Of a DNA stretch of 64,000 nt, positions 38,666 to 51,100 are shown one piece after another; position 1 is the first letter of the stretch; each line of letters opens with the position of its first letter. Source of the DNA: Octopus sinensis (lineage: Eukaryota); assembly GCF_006345805.1 (NCBI RefSeq), contig NC_043009.1, forward strand, positions 40,548,001-40,612,000. The letters are read 5' to 3'. The notes under the pieces were generated by a model that saw only the letters and a program-made list of their open reading frames with translations, did not search any database and was not told the origin of the DNA. The position numbers were made by a program, and so were the translations under genes.

Positions 38666-39090
38666 GATTCCAGTCAATTGTTGTTATTGTTGTTGCTGTT
38701 ATTCCATCAAATATTGTTGTATCCCATTCACTTCATGTTGTTGTTGGTGTTGTCGTCGTCGTCGTCGTTGTTGTTGTGTTGCTGCTGCTGTCGTTGTTGT
38801 TGTTCAGCTCCAGTCAAATCTTATTTTTGTTGTTCTCCGTTCTAGTCTTGTTGTTACTGTTGTTGTCATTGTTTTAATCCAGCCAAACTGTAATCAATCA
38901 GACATATGCCACACAGATAAATCGATCGAGCGACTGTATCGATACACAAATCTATCAACTTATTTTTATTGCTCGACTAGAGTTCTTGTAATTACAACCC
39001 AACCGTCTTATTCGCTTCAAACACATGTTTATCTAGGACTACACTACATAATATGCTCCTTTCTGTTATTTTGAAGACCTGTTTGTGATT

Positions 39091-39311
39091 CACGAGGAGG
39101 TATTGAAAATTTGCTGACTTTGGGTAAAAGGAAATACAGAAAGAACAGTTAATTATAATTTTATTCAACATATTCTCCTCTCAGATTTACACATTTATTG
39201 CAGCAGTCCTTCAGTTTTTCTAAGCCCTGTAAAACAACTCGAAAGGTTGGGCCTCCAGCCTGGCCTTTCGCGAAACCTTCAACGCCAGGAACTTTTCAGA
39301 ACCCCGTCGTA
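39091..39311. mobile_element. Mariner-derived MITE
   Basis: Degenerate TIRs CACGAGGAGGTATTGAAAATTTGCTG / CAGGAACTTTTCAGAACCCCGTCGTA. The minus strand retains the transposase end GLEKLKDCCNKCVNLRGEYVE*. Confidence 0.8.
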
Positions 39312-40355
39312 TGTGTGGTGCGTAATTTAGGTTTGATTTGAGGAAAAGTTGGTAGCTATTTCTTGCACGCTGGGTAGATATGTAGACTCCTTTGTTCAGC
39401 TATTTGTAAACTAAATTATGTTTCCTGTATGTAACTCTAGTCCTAAAATAATAATAGTAAATCTCCGTTGTCTGGTAATGAAGATTCTGTTGTTCAATCA
39501 ATTGAACTACTTCCTCCTGTTCTAAGCATATCTTTTGGAGTTGATGATGACGGAAGGCCATGACTCGTTGCATTAGTCTGGGCAAAATCTACAATGAGTC
39601 TCTAGTATTTTTTCTCGAATTTAGATGTTTTGGGCTCTGTTAAACGAAGATGTTACTTGCTGTCTATTTGTGCTTTTGATGGTGCAATTTGAAAGTGATG
39701 TTAGATTTTAGGAGCAGATATTTGATCCAGGAGTTTGCACCAAGCATAGCTGCAGTTCTGTGGATATTTATTCTGTTTTCCGTCCTACCTCCGTTAAATG
39801 AGAAAAACCAGTCATATACCAGGGTTTGAAACAAGGGTAAGTCCGGATTATTATATTTCGGTTTCCGAGCTATAACAGTTCGTGATATTTGTTCACTACT
39901 AATTCATTCATTTGTTCATTCGATATTTCTTCAATTTTAGTTCACTCATTCGGTTACTCATTACAATAAGCTTGTAGAAATTCCCCAGTGTTATTACAGC
40001 TACCTCAGATGATTGCTCGTAACTACTGACATATTTTTATAGACTTTTCCTATTCTGGCTTTGAGGTCTCCTACTAGTAACAGTGATAAGGCCAGTGAAC
40101 TTGTTAAAAATATATATTAGCAACAGAGCTAATATTACTACCAAGAGATAATATTTATTCCCACTTAAATAAATAAATAGAACATCCACGTTTAAGTAGG
40201 AATAAATATTATCTCTCGGTAGGAATACTTTCTTTGTTCATGTGGAGAAAGTTGCATAATATACGTTCTGACTGGCTATAGAAGACTTCTTTATAGAAGA
40301 CTTCAGCTATGACAAACCCCAAGACTGGGATTTGTCATAGCTATATAATGATTAC

Positions 40356-40663
40356 GGAGGCGCAATGGCCTAGTGGTTAGGGCAGCGGACTCGCGGTCGT
40401 AGGATCGCGGTTTCGATTCCCAGACCGGGCGTTGTGTGTGTTTATTGAGCGAAAACACCAAAGCTCCACGGGGCTCCGGCAGGAGGTGGTGGCGATCCCT
40501 GCTGTACTCTTTCGCCACAACTTTCTCTCACTCTTTCTTCTGTTGGCCTGCTCGCTTAGCCAGCGGAGTGGCGTCATTTGAAGGCTAAAACAATGTGAAG
40601 CACATTGTGACCAGCGATGCGTAACAACATCTGATAGCCTGGTCAGTCACGGTGATCACGGTG
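40356..40663 (+). mobile_element. SINE head C with tail Y
   Basis: TSD ATATAATGATTAC at 40343-40355 and 40664-40676, repeated again at 40682-40694. Confidence 0.88.
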
Positions 40664-41809
40664 ATATAATGATTACATAGAATATAATGATTACAGTAGT
40701 ATCACTGGCAAGTACCTTGTCAGTGACAGTTTCATCGTAATAACGTTGTTACTTACTGGTACAGTTCATTTAACAAGCTTCCACACAGCTTTTATTTGCC
40801 ACCGACAAAACTGGAGTCGACCCGAAACTATAGTTAAGACATTCGCTCATGAAGCTAAGCAGACGGATTGAACCCGAGACTTCTTGATTGCAATGCGAAC
40901 TTCTTAATCAATCGCCTATGCTTTAAATCTAGTAATGAGCTCTAGATACAAAATGGTTAACTAGCAATAACTTGAAGACACACATGGTGTTCAAACGGTC
41001 TACAGAATCAGGGGAGTCTCCCGCTGTGATCAGAAAACTGAAAATATTTATTTGGCTAAAATTTAAAAATACAATACTTATAAATACAGAAAGTTGGTGA
41101 GATACAAAAATAGGTTTTTCTTTCCAATACAAAGTTTAATATCATAAAATCGTAAATAATATCGAATGAAATATATGATACACGGTGTTGCGCTGTGGAG
41201 TACGGTGAAGTATAGAATGGTGGAGCTGGGTAGATATATCTGTATTTTTCACCGGTTGGTTTTCGCTTTTCATTTCTCTCCATGGGATGATTTTGAACAC
41301 GCTGTGTTTATCTAAATATAAGCCCAGGTGACATTAAATATTACAGGTGAGTTGTTACTGCTTGATGAATTAGTTCCAGTGTGTGTATAGCTAGCTGCAA
41401 CTGTTTCCATCTCTATATCATTGCTATGTTTAAATATGACTGCATCCATCACCTCCGTTTCGCCTGTGTCCCAACCAACCCACAACCGACCACCACCACC
41501 ACCACTACCAGAATTCATCCCTGCCATACTCGAATGGATTTACTTCCCAAATTCCTATATTTTTCACTTCTGCATGATCGAAATCGGACGGCAGGATCGA
41601 TAACGCGAACATATATCATGGATTTGAAAGGTTCCGTTTTCAATCCTTTAATGGACGCAGTAAACATGTGAGTTTTGTGTAATGGTCGAATTCTCAGCCT
41701 ATCTTACGCTTTTAGATTTTTGGGTATTCATAACTTCCAGAGAAAATCTATTCTATCTGGAAAATAACGGCTATAATCTATTCTTATGGTTTCTTCATTC
41801 TATCAAACA

Positions 41810-42146
41810 CACACACATACACACACACACACTCACATACACACGCGTGCGCATTTATATATATGAACACATATATATATGTATATATATATACACATAT
41901 ATGTATATATATATATATATACACATATATATGCATATATATATATATATATACACACACACAGATATATATATATATACACACACACATATATATATAT
42001 ACACACATATATATATACAACACACACACACATATATATACAACACACACACACATATATATATACACACACACATATATATATATACACACACACATAT
42101 ATATACACACACACATATATATACACACATATATATATATATATAA

Positions 42147-42187
<41 letters not shown>

Positions 42188-42270
42188 TATATATACACAT
42201 ATATATATATATATATACACATATATACACACACACACATATATAAATATATATATATATATATGTGTAT
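41810..42270. repeat. (TA)/(CA) compound repeat
   Basis: Read directly from the sequence. Confidence 0.95.
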
Positions 42271-42897
42271 ATGCTGAAGAACAATTTCATTGGTTCTTCC
42301 ATAAAGATCGATTGCTGTAAGCCATCCGTTGATTTCCTTTACAATTGGAGACTATTTAAAACAATTACGTTATTTCAAAGAGTAATAGCTATTTTCCTTG
42401 TAATCCAATATTCTTTCCCTGTAGCACGGCTGAAGATTGATCGAGAATAAGACAGATCCGTTTAAGTAGTTGCTGTGGTCAGTTTGAAAATTTCACATTC
42501 TGTACACACCGTAATATAAACAGTATTTTGCTTAGTAAGGCCTTTTACAACGTTATTTCTTCATTGCTCTTGTTTTTCTTGTTCTCCTTCCCGCCCTCTT
42601 TCCCTTTTCCTCATTTTCCTTATCTTTTCATCTCTTCCTACTCCTTCTCGCCTTTCTCTTTCCTCTTTTCCTTCTCCTTGTCTCCTCCTCCTCCTGCATC
42701 TTCCATTATATTACATTCCACCATATTATATTATATTACAATATGTTATTTGTTAAGCAAAATGAAATACATTAAGCAGCGAATTAACTGAGTCAAAAGA
42801 ACGTCAGACCATTTACTTCAGCACCCGCTGTTCAAATCCCACCAAAGTCAACGAATATCTTTATTATTCTTTTATTTAGTATGTTAATATATCATAA

Positions 42898-43287
42898 GAG
42901 GAGGCGCAATGGCCCAGTGGTTAGGGCAGCGGACTCGCGGTCATAGGATCGCGGTTTCGATTCCCAGACCGGGTGTTGTGAGTGTTTATTGAGCGAAAAC
43001 ACCTAAAGCTCCACAAAGCTCTGGCAGGGGATGGTGGTGATTCCTGCTGTACTCTTTCATCACAACTTTCTCTCACTCTTACTTCCTGTTTCTGTTGTAC
43101 CTGTATTTCAAGGGGCCGGCCTTGTCACTCTCTGTGTCACGCTGAATATCCCCAAGAACTACGTTAAGGGTGCACGTGTCTGTGGAGTGCTCAGCCACTT
43201 ACACGTTAATTTCACGAGCAGGCTGTTCCGTTGATTCGGATCAACCGGAACCCTCGTCGTCGTAACCGACGGAGTGCTTCCCTCCCT
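42898..43287 (+). mobile_element. SINE head C with tail Z
   Basis: Flanked by TTAATATATCATAA at 42884-42897 and 43288-43301. Confidence 0.92.
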
Positions 43288-43301
43288 TTAATATATCATA
43301 A

Positions 43302-43556
43302 GTGGAGGCGCGTGGGTTAGTGGTTAGGGTGTCAGCATCATGATCGTAAGATTGTGGTTTCGATTCCTGGACCGGGCGACGCGTTGTATTCTTGAGCAAA
43401 ATATTTTATTTCACGTTGCTCCAGTCCACTCAGATAGCAAAAATGAGTAACGATGCGATGGACCGGCGTCTTGTCCAGCTGGGGAACACATACGTCATTG
43501 AAACCGGGAAACCGGGCCCATGAGCCTGGCTAGGCTTTAAAAGGGCGCATTTATTT
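43302..43556 (+). mobile_element. SINE head D with tail X
   Basis: Flanked by TTAATATATCATAA at 43288-43301 and 43557-43570. Confidence 0.92.
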
Positions 43557-43742
43557 TTAATATATCATAACGGCACCCCTATGACTTAAACAGCAACTAA
43601 ACCCTACCCCATTATTTACAATGTGATTGCAGCACAATATTTAGAACTAATGGTTGTGCATTCTTTGTATGTTTATTAATTTCTCTGTTGAAGACGTGCA
43701 GTAGGATGTTGTTCTAGGAATATTCTAGCGTTGTGATGTTTA

Positions 43743-44526
43743 AGGCAGCGAGCTGGCAGAAACGTTAGCACGCCGGGCGAAATGCCTAGCGGTATTTCGT
43801 CTGCCGCTACGCTCTGAGTTCAAATTCCATCGAGGTCGACTTTGCCTTTCATCCTTTCGGGGTAGATTAAATAAGTATCAGTTACGCACTGGGGTCGATA
43901 TAATCGACTTAATCCGCTTGTCTGTCCTTGTTTGTCCTCTCTGTGTTTAGCCCCTTGAGGGTAGTAAAGAAATAGGTATTTCGTCTGCCGTTACGTTCTG
44001 AGTTCAAATTCTGCCAAGGTCGACTTTGCCTTTCATCCTTTCGGGATCGATAAATTAAGCACCAGTTACGCACCGGGGTCGATATAATCGACTTAATCCG
44101 TTTGTCTGTCCTTGTTTGTCCTCTCTGGGTTTAGCCCCTTGTGTGTAGTAAAGAAATAGGTATTTCGTCTGCCGTTACGTTCTGAGTTCAAATTCTGCCA
44201 AGGTCGACTTTGCCTTTCATCCTTTCAGGATCGATAAATTAAGCACCAGTTACGCACCGGGGTCGATATAATCGACTTAATCCGTTTGCCTGTCCATGTT
44301 TGTCCTCTCTGTGTTTAGCCCCCTGTGGGTAGTAAAGAAATAGGTATTTCGTCTGCCGTTACGTTCTGAGTTCAAATTCTGCCAAGGTCGACTTTGCCTT
44401 TCATCCTTTCGGGATCGATAAATTAAGCACCAGTTACGCACAGGTGTCGATGTAATCGACTTAATCCCTTTGTCTGTCCTTGTTTGTCCTCTGTATGTTT
44501 AGCCCCTTGTGGGCAATAAAGAAATA
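43743..44526 (+). mobile_element. SINE-B tandem array: one full unit plus three head-less 184-bp units
   Basis: Head-less units start GGTATTTCG at 43975, 44159 and 44343. Each ends AAAGAAATA. Confidence 0.93.
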
Positions 44527-45049
44527 AGTAGGCTTGTTATCAAAGGGATTCCAGCCTTGGCCATCTCGTCTTTATGTGTAACTAACGTGTTCTTCATGTT
44601 TAAAATAGTAAAGAAATTTGAGGAAATTAAATTTGTATTTTTAGCAGGTGAAGGATCGACATTGCAGTTCTTTCCTTATCTTTATTCTCGTTGAGTGTGA
44701 CGGTCGGTTTTTATAAGATTCTCACATTGGTGTTTCTGGTAAGAAAGACAATGAAAAAGCTGGAAGACAATGAGTTTGGTATATGTGTATCTGCGTATCT
44801 AAGTGATTGATGCACGCTTGGTGAAATTGGGGAAACTATATTTTGAGAATATGAGTATGATGTCACTTGCATATGAAGCTGTTTTAAGAAGAGACGCGTA
44901 AGAATAGGTTAAAGAAACATGATGAGAGAACAGACCATTGCATAACTCTGTTTTAAAGGGTAGTGAAAGACGTTTAAGAGGACGTTATAAAGAAACGGTG
45001 AGAGGGTGGACCCTTGCGGTACTCTCTTAGGACCCTTGTGGTACTCTCT

Positions 45050-45281
45050 AAGGCGGCAAGCTAGCAGAAACGTTAGCACGCCGGGCGAAATGCTTAGCGG
45101 TATTTCGTCTGCCGTTACGTTCTGAGTTCAAATTCCGTCGAGGTCGACTTTGCCTTTCATCCTTTCGGGGTCGAAAATTAAGTACCAGTTATGCACTGGG
45201 GTCGATGTAATCGACTTAATACCTATGTCTGTCCTTGTTTGTCCCCTCTGTGTTTAGCCCCTTGTGGGTAATAAAGAAATA
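45050..45281 (+). mobile_element. SINE family B
   Basis: TSD GGTACTCTCT at 45040-45049 and 45282-45291. Confidence 0.92.
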
Positions 45282-46039
45282 GGTACTCTCTTAGGAAAAT
45301 AACAAATTTTGGAAGTAACTTTTACTTTATACATTTTCAGAGAAAGTCAGGTAAATATAGGTTTTAAAAAGGCGGTGGGAGAACATATCCTTGTAGGTCT
45401 GCTATGGGGAAATGATAATTTTGTCATTGCTATTTTGTATACTACTTAGGCTTGACTACTTCAGAGTGTTCACAAGCCAGCATTTAATGATTTAAGATAT
45501 TAACTGTATTTTTTTAAATTTCTTTGTTAATTTGGTTGATTGATTGAATGTCTAGTACCTCAAAAACTAATGACGCCGCAAAGTCCAATATTTTTTATTA
45601 TTTTTAAATCAGTGACTTTTAACCAAATTGTTGAAAATTACTTTCTATAGTTTTTCTTTCAAAAAATTTACAAGTTTATATTCTGGTTTCTGGTATGACG
45701 CTGTTGTCGCAGAATACGATCAAAGGAATTTGTTGTTTATTTGTTCGTGTATGTGTATTGTTCGTGTGTGTGTGTCTGTGTGTGTTTTGTTGTTTTTGCA
45801 GACCTATAATTAAAGATGTTACTATCAACGACATCTAACCCTATATTTTTCAAATATGATGTTATATTATTCAATATGTTTTCCGGTTGTTTCTTCTGTT
45901 TTCTCTTTGATGGGTAGCGTGTAGCTTAAGGTAGATTTAGCTGCTATTTCTTGTCGGTCGAGTGACCACATGAAACCTCGTTTGTTTTGCACTTATTTTT
46001 TTCGACCACTGGTGATATTTAAATTAGAAGTTGGGTGGA

Positions 46040-46564
46040 ACGCACATGTGTATGTATGTATGTATGTATGTATGTAGGTATGTGTGTAGGTAGGTAGGTA
46101 GGTAGGTAGGTAGGTATGTGTGTAGGTAGGTCTGTGTATATACATGTGTATACTTAAATGTGTGCGCTCATATATATATATATGTACATATCTATATATA
46201 GATATAGATATATATATATATATATATACATTATGTAACACTTATGCATACACACATACATATATATATATATATATACGCTTTTGCGTGAATATGTTCA
46301 TATATATATATATATATATATACGTATATGTATATATATATATGTGTGTGTGTGTATGCATAAGTGTTACATAATGTGTTTTTACCTGTGTATATGTGTG
46401 TGTGTTTCTGTACATAAGTATATGTGTATATATACGTATGTTTGTATGTATATATATATATATATAGATATATATATATATATATACATTATGTAACACT
46501 TATGCATACACACATACATACATACTTATATATATATATATATATACGCTTTTGCGTGAATATG

Positions 46565-46603
<39 letters not shown>

Positions 46604-46767
46604 TATATATATATGTGTGTGTGTGTATGCATAAGTGTTCCATCATGTGTTATTTACCTTGTATATGTGTGTGTGTTTCTGTACATAAGTATATGTGTAT
46701 ATATACGTATGTTTGTATGTATATATATATATATATTATATATATATATATACTCAGACATGATGAC

Positions 46768-46798
<31 letters not shown>

Positions 46799-47481
46799 CA
46801 AAGAGAAAGTGAGGGGAACAGGGGAGAATTTTTTTTTATTCAGCTTCTCGAGATATTCTCGAAAGATTTAAAAATGTAATGAGCTAACATATTGTGGACA
46901 CAGAACATTTGTTCCAGTCACGGTCGTCTTGTCTTGCAGTTTAGTGTCGTCTGCTGGCTTACACCGCCGATCTACACGACGCAGAATTGAGGTGACATTT
47001 TATGGTTAACTAAACAAACTGTAAATCTGCAATATTGGAGACAATAATATATTGCATCAACAGAAACTAGAAATGACAAAGAATCGGGAATAAGAAAAAG
47101 AAAAAAGAAGAAAGAAAAATGGAAATGTTGTAGATCTTTCTTTACATTTGTGTCTGTATAAATGTGTTAGTGTTGTGTGTGTGTGTGTGTCTGATTGAAT
47201 ATAAAGTATTGAACATAATCGTGTGATTCATACATATGTGTACCTGTAAATATATGTGTGTATGTGTGTTTGTACATATATTACATATATGTACGTATGT
47301 ATACGTACGTGTTGTGTGTTTGTGTGTGTGTGTAAATATGAGTATATGTGTTTATACATACATGTATACATATATGTACGTATGTACATATGCGTGCGTG
47401 TGTGTTTGTAAATATGTGTATGTGTTTATACATACATTAAAACATATATGTATGCATATATGAATAAACACACACGCATAA

Positions 47482-47533
<52 letters not shown>

Positions 47534-47654
47534 GAATCTCTCTGCATCCTTCTCTATTATATACTTATATATATATATATATGCATATATATATATACAT
47601 ATATATACATATATATATACAATATATATATATATATGTATGTATGTATGTATG

Positions 47655-47687
<33 letters not shown>

Positions 47688-47728
47688 ATATATATATATA
47701 TATATGTATGTTATATATATATATATAC

Positions 47729-47795
<67 letters not shown>

Positions 47796-47830
47796 TATAT
47801 TATAAAAACGCGCGCACACATGCACACAAA
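46040..47830. repeat. (TA)/(GT)/(TAGG) low-complexity tracts, including a ~265-bp tandem duplication at ~46220-46750
   Basis: TACATTATGTAACACTTATGCATACACAC and TACGCTTTTGCGTGAATATGTTC each occur twice. Confidence 0.9.
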
Positions 47831-48604
47831 CACACACAACCTGAACAATAGGCACACTTTTATGATGGGCAATTTAGAATCCGTCATAGTATTTTAAACA
47901 CGGCCTTTCATATAAACCAGTTCCTACGATTTATGGTAAAACAACGGTAAATATGAAAGAGCATGTATCAAACGATAGATTTCCCCCACCCCTCCTTTAT
48001 AAGAATGAGTAGTTTGATAAATATTTTTTTTGTAGCTGAACTATAATAATAATAATAATAATGATAATAATAATAATAATAATAGCAAACGAATAAAGAT
48101 TTATTTATACAGTGGAAATATATGCGCTTTCACATACTTTTGCCATCCTCGAGACTGCTTCGCATTAGACGTAATTTTCCTATCTTAATAGAACGTCCCT
48201 TGTTGGTTGGCGTTTTCACTCCGAGGGCAAAATTTCATACTGCAAGCCAATGGAATATTTGTTAGTTTAGCAGTACTAACTCCGCTTACTGTGTTTTGTT
48301 ACATAAATACACAAAGCTTCGAATTTTGGGAGAAGGGATGGGTTTACTTATATCAGCTCCGATACTTCGCGAATACTTTATTCTTACAGCCTTCAGTTGA
48401 ATGAAAAACATAGGCAGTCCCTGCAATGAGATATCTTTTTACGACTTTATGGACTAAAATGTTGTTATTTACACAGACGTAAAAACAGCAAGGTGGCAGA
48501 ATCTTTAGAGCATCTGAAAAATGGCTTGTATTCTGGTTTCAAATCCCATCCATGCCAATGTTGCTTCTCATCCGTTAGGTCAAATACTGGGGGTCAATGG
48601 TATC

Positions 48605-48831
48605 GGCGAGCTGGCAGAAACGTTAGCACGCCGGGCGAAATGCTTAGCGGTATTTCGTCTGCGTTACGTTGTGAGTTCAAATTCCGCCGAGGTCGACTTT
48701 GCCTTTCATCCTTTCGAGGTCGATAAATTAAGTACCAGTTACGCACTGGGGTCGATGTAATCGACTTAATACCTATGTCTGTCCTTGTTTGTCCCCTCTG
48801 TGTTTAGTCCCTTGTGGGTAATAAAGAAATA
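48605..48831 (+). mobile_element. SINE family B nested in an older B-like copy
   Basis: TSD GGTATCGGC at 48599-48607 and 48832-48840. Confidence 0.92.
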
Positions 48832-50039
48832 GGTATCGGCTAACCTTCACAATTTTTTTTTCTTTTACAAAGGTGCAAAAATGATGGGTTGGTAAAATCG
48901 TTAGGTCGTTAGAAAAATGCATTCGGCCTTTCTTCTAGCTCTGAGTTCAAATTCTACCGATGTCAGTTTTGCCTTTCATCTCCCTAGACTCGATAAAATA
49001 AAGTACCAGTCAAGTACTGATGACTTCAATAGTGTCAACGTACTGTCTTCGAAAGTTTCACCCTTCTGCGTTCACCAGAAGCGGCTTTTTTTTCTTTCTT
49101 TTAGAGAAATGTAAAGCTGGCTAGCTGACAGTCGTGACACCGTTGGAAAAATATCTTGCTATATTTCGTCAGGGTATTTTTATTCTTAGTTTCATCCCAC
49201 CAAGATCACTCTTACCGTTCATCTCTCTATGGTGGTGGTGATGGTGGAGAATAAAGAATTAGTCAAGTACTGTGGTCGATGTAATTCAACTCGCTTCCCC
49301 ACAAACCTGTTGGTTCTGTGCCTTAAGTGAAACCGTTATTTACATAGTTATAGTAAGAGGGAATTGAGGTAACAGATGTGAAAGGACTCAAATTATCATT
49401 GATCCATTATATTTGTTAATGTATGATCGATTATCTTTGTTAATGATATTGATAACCCCATAGAAATCCTCAAAAATCCACCCCCAAAAAATAACACCCC
49501 ACACAAAAACCTTATAAATAAAATATTTCTATATTCAGCTATAAACAACAAAGCATACCCCACTGCTCCGTATTCAACATTAAACCCAGAAACTAATTCT
49601 GATTCCACCTCAGCAAAATCAAACGGAGCCCAAAAAGTGGCTTTGTCCTCCATCCTTCACCTCGCCCTTGGCACTGTGAAGCTTTATTATGCTACTGGTT
49701 TTTAGTCTTAAGTCAGGACTGATCGAACAGACTCTTGATCAACGGCATTCCGACAGTGACCATTCCGTCTTTTTCACATGTACGGGGAACACAAAAGTAC
49801 ATTATCAAGTATGTATTGTTTAAAAGACACTTGGGTGTAATTTAAGGGAGATCTAACTGCTACATCTAGCAGATCAAGCAAGCACGTAGAAATTACAGGG
49901 AGGTAGGTGGTGTCTTTGCCGTAAACATAATGTAGTAAGTGTGACAGTAACAGGATATGAACCTCGAACTTCTAAGTTTACTGTCCTGACTCGACCATCG
50001 GCTCCTGCTCTTGTTTGTTTGTTTCTTTTTTTCTTCTCA

Positions 50040-50303
50040 AGCCATGCCTGGTTTCCTTGGCGTATAGATTCCCCACCTGGATAGGACGCCGGTCCGTCGC
50101 AGGTGATCTGCAAGATGCAGGAGGAAAGAGTGAGAGAAAGTTGTGGCGAAAGAGTCAGTAGAAGTTCGCCATTACCTTCTGCCGGAGCCCCGTGGAGCTT
50201 AGGTGTTTCGCTCATAAACACACACATCGCCCGATCTGAGATTCGAACTCGCGATCCCTCGACCGCGAGTTCGCTGCTCTAACCACTAGGCCATCTGTCT
50301 CCA
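50040..50303 (-). mobile_element. SINE head C variant
   Basis: Reverse-complement head with A and B boxes, and the C-type segment GAGCGAAACACCTAAGCTCCACG. Confidence 0.8.
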
Positions 50304-50904
50304 CCCTGCTCTTGTAGATGCCTGGAATTCCAGTGTTTAGTGACAGCATTCAGTCATCATGTCTGCGTACGTGTTACACACACACACGCATGTTTTCGCT
50401 CGCACGCGTTCATACTGGTACGAAGGAAATTTACCGCTGGAAGTAGAAAATGTAACTATTAACCTCCTGGCACCTTTTTTGCTTGAAGAAGGACGGTTTT
50501 CCGAAACGTTGACTTTTTTTCCACTACCCACGTCAAGTTCACTGTACTCTTTATCTTTTTTTATCAATTTTACTGTATTAATGTGTTTGTATATGTGTAT
50601 GTATGTATGGATGTGTGTGTGACTAAATGTATGTTTTGTTTGTGTGTATCTATGTGTGGAAGCATGTGTGTGTGCGTGCTTCGATGCAATACACTTCACC
50701 AGAATTTCTCAACTCAGTCCTACTTTGCATTCGACTTCTTGATCCTTGTTGTATTAAGACCGTATTACTCGAGTGAGGACAGGTTAAATTGTTGTGAGAA
50801 TGTATCGCATAATATCAATAAAATCGCAAAGACAAATGTTGATATTTCAAAGAAAAGAGAACATTAGCTCATTAGATGTTTAACGTACAGCATATTCTTT
50901 TCTA

Positions 50905-51100
50905 GTCTAAGCACAAGGCTCAAATCCTTTTGGAGAGGGGTTTAGTCGATTAGATCGACCCCAATACGCAACTGGTACTTATTTAATCGATCCCGAAAGG
51001 AAAAAAGCAAAGTCAACCTCGGTGGAATTTGAACTCAGAACATAAAGACAGATGAAATACCGCTAAGCATGTGACCAGGCATGCTAACGTTTCTGCCACA
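50905..51100 (-). mobile_element. SINE-B variant
   Basis: Reverse complement of the family-B core. Confidence 0.78.

Noticed and set aside
29775-41352. Consensus splice donors (AAG|GTAAGT at 29781, GG|GTAAGT at 39837, CAG|GTGAGT at 41347; also ~3908, and the minus strand at ~60398)
   Set aside because: No matching acceptor with an open frame was found. Such short motifs are expected by chance in 64 kb.
41312-41527. 71-aa minus-strand ORF with an N-glycosylation-like NVT motif
   Set aside because: It is short, partly (GGT)n-derived, has an upstream in-frame stop and shows no recognisable family.
43743-44526. CRISPR-like or satellite interpretation of the regular repeats
   Set aside because: The units are contiguous SINE bodies without unique spacers, the DNA is eukaryotic, and no cas genes are present.
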